From: Mobula hypostoma
Taxonomy: Eukaryota
Length of the DNA: 64,000 bases
Reading direction: 5' to 3'
NCBI RefSeq assembly: GCF_963921235.1
Contig: NC_086109.1
Coordinates: 7,938,001 to 8,002,000, forward strand
Under the pieces are notes generated by a model. That model had not been told where the DNA came from, searched no databases, and was given only the letters and a program-made list of their open reading frames with translations. The position numbers and the translations under genes are program-made. Positions 11,210-23,230 of the stretch are shown one piece after another. Every line of letters begins with the position of its first letter. The stretch's first letter is position 1.

Positions 11210-13110
11210 CTAGAGATTCTGCAGACGCTGGAAATCCAGAGCAACACACACAAAATGCTGGAGGAACTCAGCAGGTCAGGCAGCGTCCGTGGAAAAGGAC
11301 AAACAGTCGATGTTTCAGGCCGAGGTGAGATTCAGGAATGGCAAGGAAGAGGGAAGAAGCCAGAATAAAAGGGTGGGGAGAGGGGACGGAGGATAGATAG
11401 AAGGTGATAGGTGAAGCCAGGTGGGTGGGAAAGGTAAAGCACTGGAGAGGAAGGAATCTGGCAGAAGAGGAGAGGAGAGTGAACCATAGGAGAAAGGGAA
11501 GGAGGAAGGGCACCAGGGGGAGGAAATAAGCAGTTGAGAAGAGGTAAGAGGCCATAGTGGGAAATAAAAGAAGAGGGGAGGGGGAGCAATTTTTTTACCA
11601 GAAGAAGAAATTGATATTTGTGTACTTAATATTTCAATAATATTTGAGTAATCTTGTATATATATATAGATTGTTGATTAAGCTCTGCATTTAACACCAT
11701 CAAAACTATCAGTAAATCCAAGACCTGGGCCTCAGCCTCAATACCCCCTTGTGCAATTGGATCCTTGATTTCCTCACTTGTAGACCCCAATCATTTTGGA
11801 TTGACTGAAGCATCTCCTTCACAATCTTCATCAACAGGGATATGTAGTTAGCCCCCTGCTCTACTCACTTTACACCTATCACTGTATGGCTAAACACAGC
11901 TCCAACACCATATACAAGTTTGTTGACAACAGCACTGCTGCTGGGCTGAATCAAAGGAGGTGATGAATCAGCAAACAGGAGGGAGATTGAAAATCTCGCT
12001 GAGTGGTGTCATAACAGCAACCTCTCACTCAATGTCAATAAGACCAAGGAACCTGATTGTAGGCTTCAGGAGAGGGAATCCAGAGGTCCATGAGCCAGTA
12101 ATCATCAGAGGACCGGAGGTGGAGAGGGCCTGTAACTTGAAATTCCTGAATGTCACAAACTCAGAGGACCTGTCCTGGACCCATCATATAAATATAATTG
12201 TGAAGAAAGCACAACAGCGCCTCTATTTACTCAGAAGTCTGCGGAGATTCAGCATGTTATCAAAACCCTTGGCAAACTTCTATAGATGTGTGGTGGAAAG
12301 TGTGCTGACTGGCGACATTACAGCCTGGTATGGAAAGACCAATGTCTTTGAGCAGCAAATCCTACAAAAGGCAGTGGATTCGGCCCAGTACGTCACGGGT
12401 AAAACCCTCCCAACCATTGAGCACATCTACATGAAACATTGTCGCAGAAAAGCAGCATCAATCATCAACGACCCTCACCACCCAGGCCATGCTCTTTTCT
12501 CGCTGCTGCCATCTGGTAGAAGGTCCAAGTACCTCAGGACTCACACCACCAGGTTCGAGAGCAGTTACTACCCTCAACCACCAGGCTCTTGATCAAAAGG
12601 GGATAGCCACACTCATTTAAGGACTCTTTAATCGTGTTATTTATAACTGGATTTGCACAGTTTGCTGTCCATTGATCCTGTTTACAGTTACCGTTCTATA
12701 GATTTGCTAAGTATGCCCACAGAACAAGAATCTCAGGGTTGTATCTGGTGATCTGTAGATGTGCTCAACGGTTGGGAGGGTTTTACCCGTGACATACTGG
12801 GCCAAGTCCACTACCTTCTGTAGGATTTGCTGCTCACCTCTGAAAATAAATTCTACTTTGAGTTTTCAACTTTGAATGAAGTAGATGTAAAAATATATCA
12901 ATTGCATATGTCATCACGCTGTCACATGATACGTGCACACTTCACTTAATGAAAAGACGAAGTTACACCCGTGTTCTTTGCACTCCCGCGTTTTCATTTG
13001 ACTTAGTTTAATGTTTTTTAGAACAATGTTCATGCCATCAGGTTGGAGGCTACCCAGATGGAATATGAGGTGTTGTTCCTCCACCCTGAGGGTGGCCTCA
13101 TCATGGTGCA
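11210..13110 (-). mobile_element. Penelope-like fragment interrupted by nested insertions (~11617-13025)
   Basis: pLTR at 11210-11615 resumes at ~13027 with HDEATLRVEEQHLIFHLGSLQPDGMNI. Confidence 0.75.
11685..12870 (+). mobile_element. Rex1/Babar-type LINE: RT C-terminus + 3'UTR
   Basis: SAFNTI and SPLLYSLYT-like remnants, then LKFLNVTNSEDLSWTHHINIIVKKAQQRLYLLRSLRRF...HPGHALFSLLPSGRR. Confidence 0.85.
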
Positions 13111-14019
13111 AGAGGATAAGATAGATTCTTGACCTCACAATCAATCTCATCATGGCCTTCCACCTTACTGTCTGCCTGCAATGAAGTTTCTCCATAGCTG
13201 TTACACTTCATTCTGCTTTCTGTTACTGTACTACCTCAGTGCTCTGTGTAATAATTTGACCTGTATGAATGGTATCCAAGACAAAATTTTTCACTGTACC
13301 TTTGTAGATGTCACAATAATAAACCATTACCAATGTATGAATGATCTATCTAGTTGACATGAACACAAAAGCCTTTCACTGTACCTCTCTACATGTGACA
13401 ATATTAATGCAATTCGAATTTCAATTCAATGTATGACATGAATGGTCTGGTTGGTGTGCAAATAAATCCTTTCACTGGCTCTCGGTACATAGGGCAATGA
13501 TTAACCAATTTCAACGTCAATATATGACGCATTCTGAAAGCAGCCCTGTGATACAACCTTCCTGTAAAAAAAAATTGTCATCATTGCAAATGCACTGACC
13601 AGGCAAGACGTTTAGGAGGCTCAGGGAGTTGGCTGATTTCAGTTCACCTCCAACTACTGATCGACCTTTGTCTCCTTAGGGTTAATGTGTGAGGGGCATT
13701 TGATGGCTCAGGGCCTCTACTCGCTGGAGTTTAGACGAACGAGTCTGGATCTCATTGAAACCTATTGAATATTGAAAGAGTGGACATGGAGAGGATGTTT
13801 CCTGTAACGGAGGAGTCTAGGACCTGAGGGCACAGCCTCAGAACAGAAAGATATCCCTTTGGAACAGAGATGAGGAGGAATTACTTTAGGCAGTGGGTGA
13901 TGTAACTGAGGAATTCATTGCCACAGACAGTCGGTGGGTACATTTAAAACAGAGGTCGATAAGTTTGTTTGTTTGTGTATTTATCTATCTGTCTGTTTCT
14001 TTATTTATCAATCTGTCTA

Positions 14020-14305
14020 TATTTAGCGATACAGTGTGGAACTGGTCTTCTGGCTCGTTAAGTCACGCCGCCCGGCATCTCACCTATTTAACCCTAGCCT
14101 AATCATGGGGCGATCTTCAATGAGCAAACAACCTACTAAGCAGAACATCTTTGGACTGTGGGAGGAAATCGGAGCACCCGGAGAAAATCCATGCGCAGAT
14201 GGGAAGGAATGTATAAGTTTGCTTACAGAGGACATTGGAATTGAAATCTGAACTCCAATGCCCCCGAGCTGTAACAGCATTGTGCTAACCACTGCGCTAC
14301 CATAC
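14020..14305 (-). mobile_element. V-SINE (HE1-like)
   Basis: tRNA-like head plus V-domain TTTCTCCGGGTGCTCCGATTTCCTCCCACAGTCCAAAGA. Confidence 0.75.
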
Positions 14306-14399
14306 CATATCAAGGTTCTTGATTAGTCAGGTTGTCAAAATTACGGGGAGAAGGCAGGAATATGGAGTTGAGAGGGATAATAAATCAGCCATGATGAAA

Positions 14400-14638
14400 A
14401 GGCAACGTAACTTCATTGGGCATGTGATTAGGAAAGAAGAGTTAGAATGCACGGTAATTATGGGAAAGATTGGCGGGAAGAAAGCAAGAGGAAGGCAAAG
14501 ACAAATGATGATGGAGACAGCAGCCAGAGAACTGGAAATGAATACCAATGAATTGATCCACTTGACCCAAAACAGGAGTGTGTGGGCCATGGCAGTCAAA
14601 GCTCAAACTGGGCACGGCACCTGATGATGATGATGATG
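14400..14638 (+). mobile_element. RTE LINE 3' end
   Basis: FIGHVIRKEELE...GKIGGKKARGRQR...NRSVW followed by a (TGA)n tail. Confidence 0.8.
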
Positions 14639-15137
14639 GAATGGTCTCATTTTGCTCCTATGTCTTGCCGTCTTGTGGTCTTCACCATGTTCAAGAACTT
14701 GCTGAATTTGCATATTAATTGCCCACATGTCCACAAGCTCAGCTCAAGTAGTTAAATCTGAAACTACGTGGGGTACTCACATCCTAAAGCACTACAAGCA
14801 CACGGGGTGAGTTCCTCTCTTAGCGTTCACTAATCAACGTTCAAGGTAAATTTCAACTTTGAATGATTAGAAAGGAACTCACCCCGCTTATATCCAGATT
14901 ACTTAAATCGGTAATCACTTATGCAATGGCAATTAAACACTTGGTCCCAAAAGGGAACAATTTAATCAGTCAGATCCTACTCTTGAATGTAATTAATTCT
15001 TATAAATTTTTAAAATATCGACTTAGGAGAATTATGTTCATTTCCTTTTCTGCCTCTTTATTAAAAAAATCCAGACTTCTTCTCCTTCTCTTTATTTCCC
15101 TTTTCCTGCCAGTTTGAGCTCAACTCTGCCCTACATC

Positions 15138-15175
15138 CAGTCCTGATGAAGGGTCTCGGCCTGAAAGGTCAACCA
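15138..15175 (+). ncRNA. Hammerhead motif in pLTR fragment (degenerate stem I)
   Basis: CAGUC CUGAUGA A GGGUCUCGGCCU GAAA GG UC AACCA. Confidence 0.5.
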
Positions 15176-16289
15176 TCCATTTCCCCTCCATGCTGTAGAT
15201 GCTGCCTGACCTGCTGAGCTCCTCCAGCAGTTTGTGTTACTCCAGGCTTCCAGCGTCTCTTATACCTCCACCCAACATCCCACTGTGTTTCCTTAAACCC
15301 CATTCCTGAAGGAGATACATAATATAACATAGAACACTACCACACAGGAACTGGCCCTTTGGCCCAAAAGGTTGTGCCAAATAAAAGTAGCAATCAAATG
15401 CGTTACTAAACCAATCCTTCCTGCCTACACCATGTCCATATCCTTCCATTCTCTACACATTCGTATACGTAACTAAGAGCCTCTTAAATGCCTCTATAAT
15501 ATTTTCTTCCACCTCCTGCCCAGGCAGAGCACTCCAGACACCTACACGCAGTACACCACTCTCATCCCTGTTGAAGTTACACCCGCTTTCCTTCAATGCG
15601 TTCCCTCTGGTTTTAGACATTCCAACCCTGGGCCAAGTAATTGGTCACCATGGTGCCAGTTCTCATCACCAGCTCACGTTTACAGCCCATTGTAAAAACA
15701 AGTCTCTGTCCTCTGCGTTCAGTGATCCAGTTGAGTGAAGCGTCCACCTGTGGCACCTTGGCAAGCACATCAACTATGGAAAATGCACAGCTCGCAAGAA
15801 GCATTGCCAATTTGACCAGCTGTGCCAACTATCCCATGTGTGCTGATGTACCAACTCACAGTCCTGCTGTCCATGCCTAGCACACCAGTTTAGGCCATCG
15901 TACCAAATGAAGCAACAATCTGAGCCCCGCTTGCTGTGACAGGTCATGCAGTCACAGAGTACTGCAACGCAGACTCATGCCCTTCTGCAGGCTGTTTCCA
16001 TTTCCTCCCACGTTCCTAAGATGCACAGGTAAGGTTTAGTAAGCTGCGGGCACGTTATATTGGTAACAGAAGCCTGGCAACTCTTGCAGTCTGCCCCCAG
16101 CACATCTTTGGACTGTGTTGGACATTGACCCAATCAACACGTTTCACTCCTGAATGTCCACTGTTCACTCTTTTCCATGGACGCTGCCTGACCTGCTGAG
16201 GTCCTCCAGCATCTTGTGCGAGTTGCTTTTCTCACCTTTGATCACATTTCACTATATGTCCCAGTGTACATGCGACAAATAAAGCTGAT

Positions 16290-17150
16290 TTTAAACTAGT
16301 GCTGAGTTGTTATTCTGTCCAGTCCCACCTGGACCATAACCTCCGACATACCCCTCCCATCCATGTACACATTCAAACTTCTCTCAAATGTTGTAATCAA
16401 ACTGATATAGAAACATAGAAACATAGAAAATAGGTGCAGGAGTAGGCCATTCGGCCATTCGGCCATTCGGCCCTTCAAGCCTGCACTGCCATTCAGTATG
16501 ATCATCCAACTCAGAACCCTGTACCTGCCTTCTCTCCATACCCCTGATCCCTTTAGCCACAAGGGCCATATCTAACTCCCTCTCAAATATAGCCAATGAA
16601 CTGGCCTCAACTCTTTCCTGTGGCAGAGAATTCCACAGATTCACCACTCTCTGTGTGAAGAAGTTTTTCCTCATCTCGGTCCTAAAAGGCTTCCCCTTTA
16701 TCCTCAAACTGTGACCCCTCATTCTGGACTTCCCCAACATCGGGAACAATCTTCCTGCATCTAGCCTGTCCAATCCCTTTAGGATTTTATACGTTTCAAT
16801 AAGATTCCCCCTCAATCTTCTAAATTCCAACGAATATAAGCCTAAATATAAGCCTTTTTAATATAAGTCTTTCACTGGCAGCTCATTCCACACTCACATC
16901 ACCCTCTCAGTAAAGAAGTTCCCCCTCAGGTTCCTCTTAAATATTTCACTTTTTACCCAAAACCTGTGACCTCTATTTTCTTCCAACCCAAAGGGGAAAA
17001 CCCAACATGCATTTACCCTATCTATACCCCTCATAGTTTTGTATACCTTTGTCAAATATCCCCTCATCCTCATGCACTCCAGGGAATAAAGTCTTAACCT
17101 ATCGAAAATTTCCCTGTGGCCCAGGTCCTCAAGTACTGGCAACATCCATG
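16290..17150 (-). mobile_element. Two nested CR1 3' ends (younger copy ~16407-16845)
   Basis: EFRRLRGNLIETYKILKGLDRLD...RGHSLRI...FFTQRVVNLWNSLP; older copy LYSLECMRMRGYL. Confidence 0.9.
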
Positions 17151-17719
17151 TAAGTTTGTGTTCTGAATCATCAGACCCACTGGTTAAGGATGATGTTAAT
17201 GCTGAAATTCAGAGACACAGCCTTCGATGAGTTATTGACCAACTAATAATCCTAATGGAAATGGCTCTCATTTCCATTTCATTGGCCCTGCTGCGCAGAT
17301 CACATTAAAAAGACAAACTATTGACACTTGTCATCCACAATACAAGAGTTGCATTCATCACAGTTCAGATTGGAGTTGGAACTGGCGTATTATAGTCACA
17401 TGTACAGAGGTACAGTGAAAAGCTTGTTTTGTATGTAATTCTCTTCAGTGATACAGAGACATCACCCACCTAGCTTGCAAAATCTTGCTACTATTATGTT
17501 CTTCGCTAAGCTACGCAACTCCTCCATTTCCAGTGCTTTCAGGTTCAATGATGAATCCCTCCCCAATTTGGAAAGGATGACATCTGTGTGAATGATTTTC
17601 GTGCCATTGAGTGATACAACAGAGTGACAGGCCCATTGGCCCATCGAGTCCATACTGACCATCCACCACCCATTTTCATCAATCCTACATTCATCATCAT
17701 CATTGTATGCTGTGTCAGA

Positions 17720-18290
17720 GCAACCTTAAGGTTGTTACAGCCAGGGGGTGGAAATGGGGACAAGCTCTCACTACCTATTAAATGCTCCCAATGGCGTGTG
17801 CCTCAAATAGTCTCTGACAACCAATTCCTGCTCCTGGCCTTCACGTGTGGCTTAGCCACTAAGCCAGGCGGAACCATTTCTACTGACAGGAGAAGGGGCA
17901 AAGGCCGGTTACTGGCGCCTTAAAGCCAGTCACTTCGGGCAGATGGGGCTCGTCAGTCATGGTTAGCAGCTCATCTAGGAGAAGGAAAACTCTGATCTCA
18001 AACCTCCACTGCCTTGTGGCTGTACCCACTCATGGGGAAGGCCTTGGGAGTAAACCCCGAGGGAAAAATCCGGAGCTGGAGTCCCTAAGGCAGTCCTACA
18101 TTGAGTTCAATGCTGACTGGCAACCCCTGCGACGTTGCTGGGTGCCAAACTGTATCAGTTTCTGCCATTCCTTTGAGTTCATCAGATGCATGGAGAGGGG
18201 GAACTTGCTACATGGGCAACAGCTTGCTCTCCATATCGTACTGCCAGGCTTGCGTATCTAGACAGCTAGGATGCAATATCCTAGCTGGAG
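17720..18290 (+). mobile_element. Non-autonomous element resembling an RTE 5'UTR (second copy 38745-39225)
   Basis: Two diverged copies in the window; GGAGAAGGAAAACTCTGATCTCAAACC motif of RTE-type leaders. Confidence 0.6.
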
Positions 18291-18660
18291 GCCAACAGAG
18301 GCCTCAGAGTCAGATAATGTGGATGATCATGGTCTTTAATCTGCTAACTGCCTGAGGGGAAGTGCCCCTTCTTATTATTTTTCTTATTCTTTTCTTTATC
18401 CATGACCAGGATTATCCTGGGCTAATTTTTCTACAGAAATGTTTTGCCATTGCCTTCTTCTGGGCAGTGTCTTTACAAGACCATGTCACTTGAGTTTACG
18501 CCACATGGAACCCTTTCAGTAACATAATGCCTTGTCCCAAATTGTCAACAACTCCCTTCTTCCAACCGATGTGGCTCGATCTGCTCAGTTTCTTCATCAG
18601 AGTGTTTGTTGGTCTTACATGTTGCCATTGCATCTGCTTCTACCACCACCCCTGGTAGTG

Positions 18661-18825
18661 AGCAGCACATACAAAATGCTGGAGGAGCTCAGCAGGTCAG
18701 GGAGCACCCCTGGAGAGGAATAAAGAGTCTGCTCGGCCCGAACTGTTCACTGTTTGTTCCTGCTGAGTTCATCCAGCGTTCTGTATGTGTTGCTTTGGAT
18801 TTCCAGCATCTGCAGAATCTTTTGT
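18661..18825. mobile_element. Palindromic Penelope pLTR-derived mini-element (degenerate)
   Basis: Head-to-head inverted pLTR halves. Confidence 0.6.
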
Positions 18826-19409
18826 ACTTACCCTTGGCACTGTCCCATGTCTGTATATATCTAATCAAGGTAAATACAGGACAGCAAACAACCTGCATCC
18901 TGAAGCAGGGTTTCAACACAAAATGTAAACAATTCATTTCCGTCCCCACCCCCACTCCACAGATGCCGCTCGACATACTGAGTTCTTCCAGTAGATTGCT
19001 TGTTAATCGAATTCCAGTACCTGTAGTCTCCTGAGTAGCCATTGCCCAAGTCCTTCTCCCTCATCTAGAAGAGGGGTGGTGAGAAAGCCATTCAGACCAT
19101 GTCTGCTCTGCTAATCTATCATAACTGATTTATTTTTCCTCTCAGCCCCATTCTCCTGTCTTCTCCCAGTAACCTTTGGTGCCATGACTAATCAAGAACC
19201 TATCAACCTCCGCTCTAAATATTGGACAGATTAGATTAGATTCAACTTTATTGTCATTGTGCCGAGTACAGATACAAAGCCAATGAAATGCAGTACACCC
19301 CATGACTAGGCCTCCACAGCAGTCTGCGGCAATGAATTCCACATATTCACCAACCCCTCGCGAAAGTAATTCCTCCTCATCTCTTTTCTAAAGAGACGTC
19401 CTTCTATTG

Positions 19410-19701
19410 GGGAGCACAGTAGCGTAATGGTTAGCACAACGCCTTACAGTACCAATGACCCAGGTTCGGTTTCTGCCGCTGCCTGTAAGGAGTTTGTACG
19501 TTCTCCCCGTGACCGTGTCGGTTTCCTCTGGGTGCTCTGGTTTCCTCCCACAGTCCAAGGACATGCCAGTTGGTAGGTTAATTGGCCATTGTAAATTGTC
19601 TCCTGGTAAGGCTAGGGTTAAATCGGGGGTTACTGGGCCGCATGGCTCAAGGGGCCAAGAGGGCTGATTCTGCGCTGTAGCTCAATAAATAAATAAATAA
19701 A
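19410..19701 (+). mobile_element. V-SINE (HE1-like) inserted in a CR1 fragment
   Basis: A/B-box head, V-domain and (AATA)n tail; CR1 sequence continues on both sides. Confidence 0.85.
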
Positions 19702-20064
19702 TTCTGAGGCTGTGTCCTCTAGTCCTGCACTCTCCCGCTATTTGAAGCATCCTCTCCACATCCACTCCATCTAGGCTGTTCAATACATATTGAATAGGTT
19801 TCAGTAAGATCCTTCCTCACTCTTCTAAACTGCAGCACCTATGGACACAGAAGCATCAAGCCTTTGTCATATGTTAATTCTTTCATTCCCAGGATAATTC
19901 TCATAGATGTCCTCTGGATCTTCTCCAGTGCCAGCACATCTTTTCTTAGAAATAGGGTCTAAAACTGCTCACAGTATTCCTAATTCAATCTGACTAATGA
20001 CTAATAAAAGCTCAGAATTACAACCTTGCTTTTATATTCTCATCATCCCCACCATCACTACGTG

Positions 20065-20396
20065 CCCTATTGTATGACATGGGCGATCATGGTCTTTCCA
20101 TAATCATGAATGTTCTTGGCAATTTTTTCTACAGAACTGGTTCTTCTGGGCAGTGTCTTTACAAGATGGGTGACCCCAGCCATTATCAATATTCTTCAGA
20201 GATTGTCTGCCTGGCGTCAGTGGTCACACAGCTAGGACTTGCAATATGCACCAGCTGCTCATACGACCATCCACCACCTGCCCCCATGGCTACACGTGAC
20301 CCTGATCGGGGGCTAAGCAGGTGCTACACCTTGCCCAAGTGAAGGAGTGAAGGAGCACCTCACACTCCACTGGTAGAGATGCACCTCCACCCAACC
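20065..20396 (-). mobile_element. RTE-related SINE-like element (other copies 23255-23505 on +, 33645-34012 on -, 18405-18480)
   Basis: Four similar copies; the family contains ATGGCAAACCACTTCTGTAGAAAAATTTGCCAAG, like BovA/Sauria RTE-derived segments. Confidence 0.65.
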
Positions 20397-20555
20397 AGTA
20401 GTCCTCTCAAGATGAATGGAGAAGTCCCTTTGAGGGTTTGGAGGGAATTGAGGGGTTTCTTGACAATAGAGAGTGAAAGTCACCAAGATATAGATTGTTC
20501 CTCTGGATCTGAGCACCTGCAGTCTCTTGTGTCTCCAAGGTAAGTGCAGCTGTGA

Positions 20556-20727
20556 GGGGGCTTGCGGCCGGCAATTCGATATGGGGGCTTGCGGCCGGCA
20601 ATTCCACATGGGGGCTTGCGGCCGGCAATTCCACATGGGGGCTTGCGGCCGACAATTCCATATGGGGGCTTGCGGCCGGCAATTCCATATGGGGGCTTGC
20701 GGCCGGCAATTCGATATGGGGGCTTGC
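20556..20727. repeat. GC-rich minisatellite, 27 bp x ~6.4
   Basis: Unit GGGGGCTTGCGGCCGGCAATTC(C/G)A(T/C)AT starting at 20556, 20583, 20610, 20637, 20664, 20691 and partial 20718. Confidence 0.97.
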
Positions 20728-21192
20728 CATGCCAGCCAGAAGTACCCCGATCTTTCACATCAATAGCCTTTTGTCGAGAGACTGTAGGCAATCTTGCTGA
20801 CATGCCAAAAAGCCTTGCAGAAGTCAGGAGCAGCTAACTGAATAACCAAGCCAACTGCATTTGATTCCTTCTTCCTTTTGTCGGTTCCAGCAGCCAGGCA
20901 CATTAAACATTTATATCAGATACACTGGTCAGATCTGCCTGATATAGAATCGTTCCATTCTACCTCATTCCTATCTCCTGCCACTCAGCCAGAAAGAATA
21001 CACATGTAAGGTAAAATCTCTGAGACACGAGACACGAGACATAACTTAAAAATTAACTTCTGTATCATCTTACTTTTTACCAAGCGCTGATAATTATTTG
21101 GCCTAAGCTGTGAACTCTCCTTCGAGGCATTTTCCATTGGGACAGAGGGTCAGCTGATAGGCTGATTCATTCCAGCCGGTCCATGTACTGTA

Positions 21193-21758
21193 CACTCAGT
21201 GGCCACTTTATTAGGTACACCTATACACCGGCTCGATAATGCAAATATCTGATCCGTTAATTCGGTGGCAGCAACTCAATGCATAAAAGCATGCTGAAAA
21301 GGTCAAGAGGTTCAGTTGTTCAGGCCAAACATCTGAATGGGGAAGAACTGTGACCAAAGTGACATGGACATTGAATGATTGCTGGTGCCAGACAGGGTGG
21401 TTTGAGTATCTCAGAAGCTACTGATCTCCCAGGGTTTTCACACACAACAATCTCTAGAGTTTACAGAGAACAGTGTGACAAACAAGAAACATCTGGTGAG
21501 TGGCAGCTGTGTGGGTGAAAATGCCTTGTTAATCAGGGAGGTCAGAGGAGAATGGCAAACTGGTTCGAGCTGACGGGAAGGCAACGGTAACTCAGAAAAT
21601 CATTTTTAACAACAGTGCTGAGAAGAAGAGCATCCCTGAACACACAGCACGTGAAAAACTTTTAAGTGAATGGACCACAGCAACGGGAGACCATGGACAT
21701 ACACTCAGTGACCACATTATTAGGCACACAAGGTACCCAGTAAAGTGGCCATCGAGTG
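21193..21758 (+). mobile_element. Tc1-derived non-autonomous DNA transposon, copy 1
   Basis: TA-flanked TIRs CACTCAGTGGCCACTTTA.../...TAAAGTGGCCATCGAGTG; extra TIR copy at ~21701; decayed transposase N-terminus. Confidence 0.85.
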
Positions 21759-21910
21759 TAATTCATATATGAAGGAGTGGTTTGATTTACAAAATATTCA
21801 GCCTTCCAAATAGGATCTAAATTCTGAGTGGGGCCGAGGTATTAAGAACTAATTTGAGTTAGAAGATCTTTAAATAGAATTCCCTAACTAGATGTAGCTT
21901 TAAATATAAT

Positions 21911-22451
21911 TAGATAATGAGAACACTCAGTCCTCTTTTTATTGTCATTTAGAAATGCATACATGCATTAAGAAATGATACAACATTTCTCCAGAGTGAT
22001 ATCACAGAAAACAGGACAAACCAAAGGCTAACACTGACAGAACCACATAATTGTAACATATAGTTACAGCAGTGCAAAGCAATACCATAATTTGAAGAAG
22101 AACAGACCATGGGCACAGTAAAAAAAAGTCTCAAAGTCCCCGAGTCCCCGATAGCAGGTGGCAAAAGGGAGAAACTCCCTGCCATAAACCTCCAGGCACC
22201 GTCAACTTGCTGATGCCTTGGAAGCAGCTGACCACAGCCAACACTGAGTCCATCCATCCGAAAACTTCGAGCCTCTGACCTGCCCTTCCGATACAGCCTC
22301 CCGAGCGCCATCCTCTGCCGAGCGCCTTCGACCTCACCCCGGTCGCTGAAACACGCAAAGCTGAGGATTTCGGGGCCTTCAGCTCCGGAGATTCCAGTTA
22401 CCACACAGTAGCAGCGGCGGCGAAGTGGGCATTTCAGAAGTTTTCCAGATA
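21911..22451 (-). mobile_element. Non-autonomous non-LTR element, copy 2 (5'-truncated)
   Basis: Colinear with ~1556-2110. Confidence 0.75.
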
Positions 22452-22464
22452 TACCCAATGATTT

Positions 22465-23230
22465 GATAAAGCTGGGGCTTTGTGAGGCATTGGTCAGACC
22501 ACATATGGAGCGTTGTGAGCAGTTCTGGGTCCCTTATCTAAGAAAAGATGCATCTAGCTTTGGAGACAGTCCAGTGGAAGTTCACAAGAATGCTTTGGAT
22601 CTGTACGCATTGGAGTTCAGAAGCACGAGGGGAGAATCTCATTAAAACCTATCAAATATTGAAAGGTCTGGATAGAGTAGATGTGGAGAGGATGTTTCCT
22701 ATAGTGGGAAAATCTAGGACCAGAGGGAGCAGCCTCAGAATAGAGCGAAGCTCATTTACAACAGAGGTGAGGAGGAATTTCTTTAGCCAGAGGGTGGTGA
22801 ATCTGTGGAATTCATTGCCTCAGACAGCTGTGGAGGCCAAGTCATTGGATATATTTAAAGCAGAGGTTGATAGTTTCTTGATTAGACCATAAGACCATAA
22901 GACATAGGAGCAAAATTAGGCGAATCAGCTCATCGAGTCTGCCCTGCTATTCCATCATGGCTGATCCCGGATCCAAGTCAACCTCATACACCTGCCCTCA
23001 TGCCATATCCTTTGATGCTCTGACCGATCAGGAAACGACCAAGTTCCACCTTAATTACACGCTCAGACTCGGCCTCCATTGCAGTCTGTGACAGAGTTTT
23101 TCAGGGCATCAAAGGTTACAAGGATAAGTCAGGAGAATGCAGTTAAGAGGGATAATATATCAGCCATGGTGAAATGGTGAAGCAGACTCAATGGGCCAAA
23201 TAGTGTAATTCTGCTCTTATATCTTATGGT
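22465..23230 (+). mobile_element. CR1 3' end with a nested opposite-strand CR1 tail
   Basis: LVRPHMERCEQFWVPYLRKD and ILKGLDRVDVERMFP...FFSQRVVNLWNSLP. Confidence 0.85.

Noticed and set aside
11960..12592. 210-aa ORF as a host gene
   Set aside because: It is the C-terminus of a LINE ORF2 with a frameshifted start; many paralogous fragments occur in the window.
20313..20837. Six overlapping ORFs with 9-aa repeats; CRISPR-like look
   Set aside because: Product of the 27-bp minisatellite; there are no unique spacers and no cas genes, and the DNA is eukaryotic.
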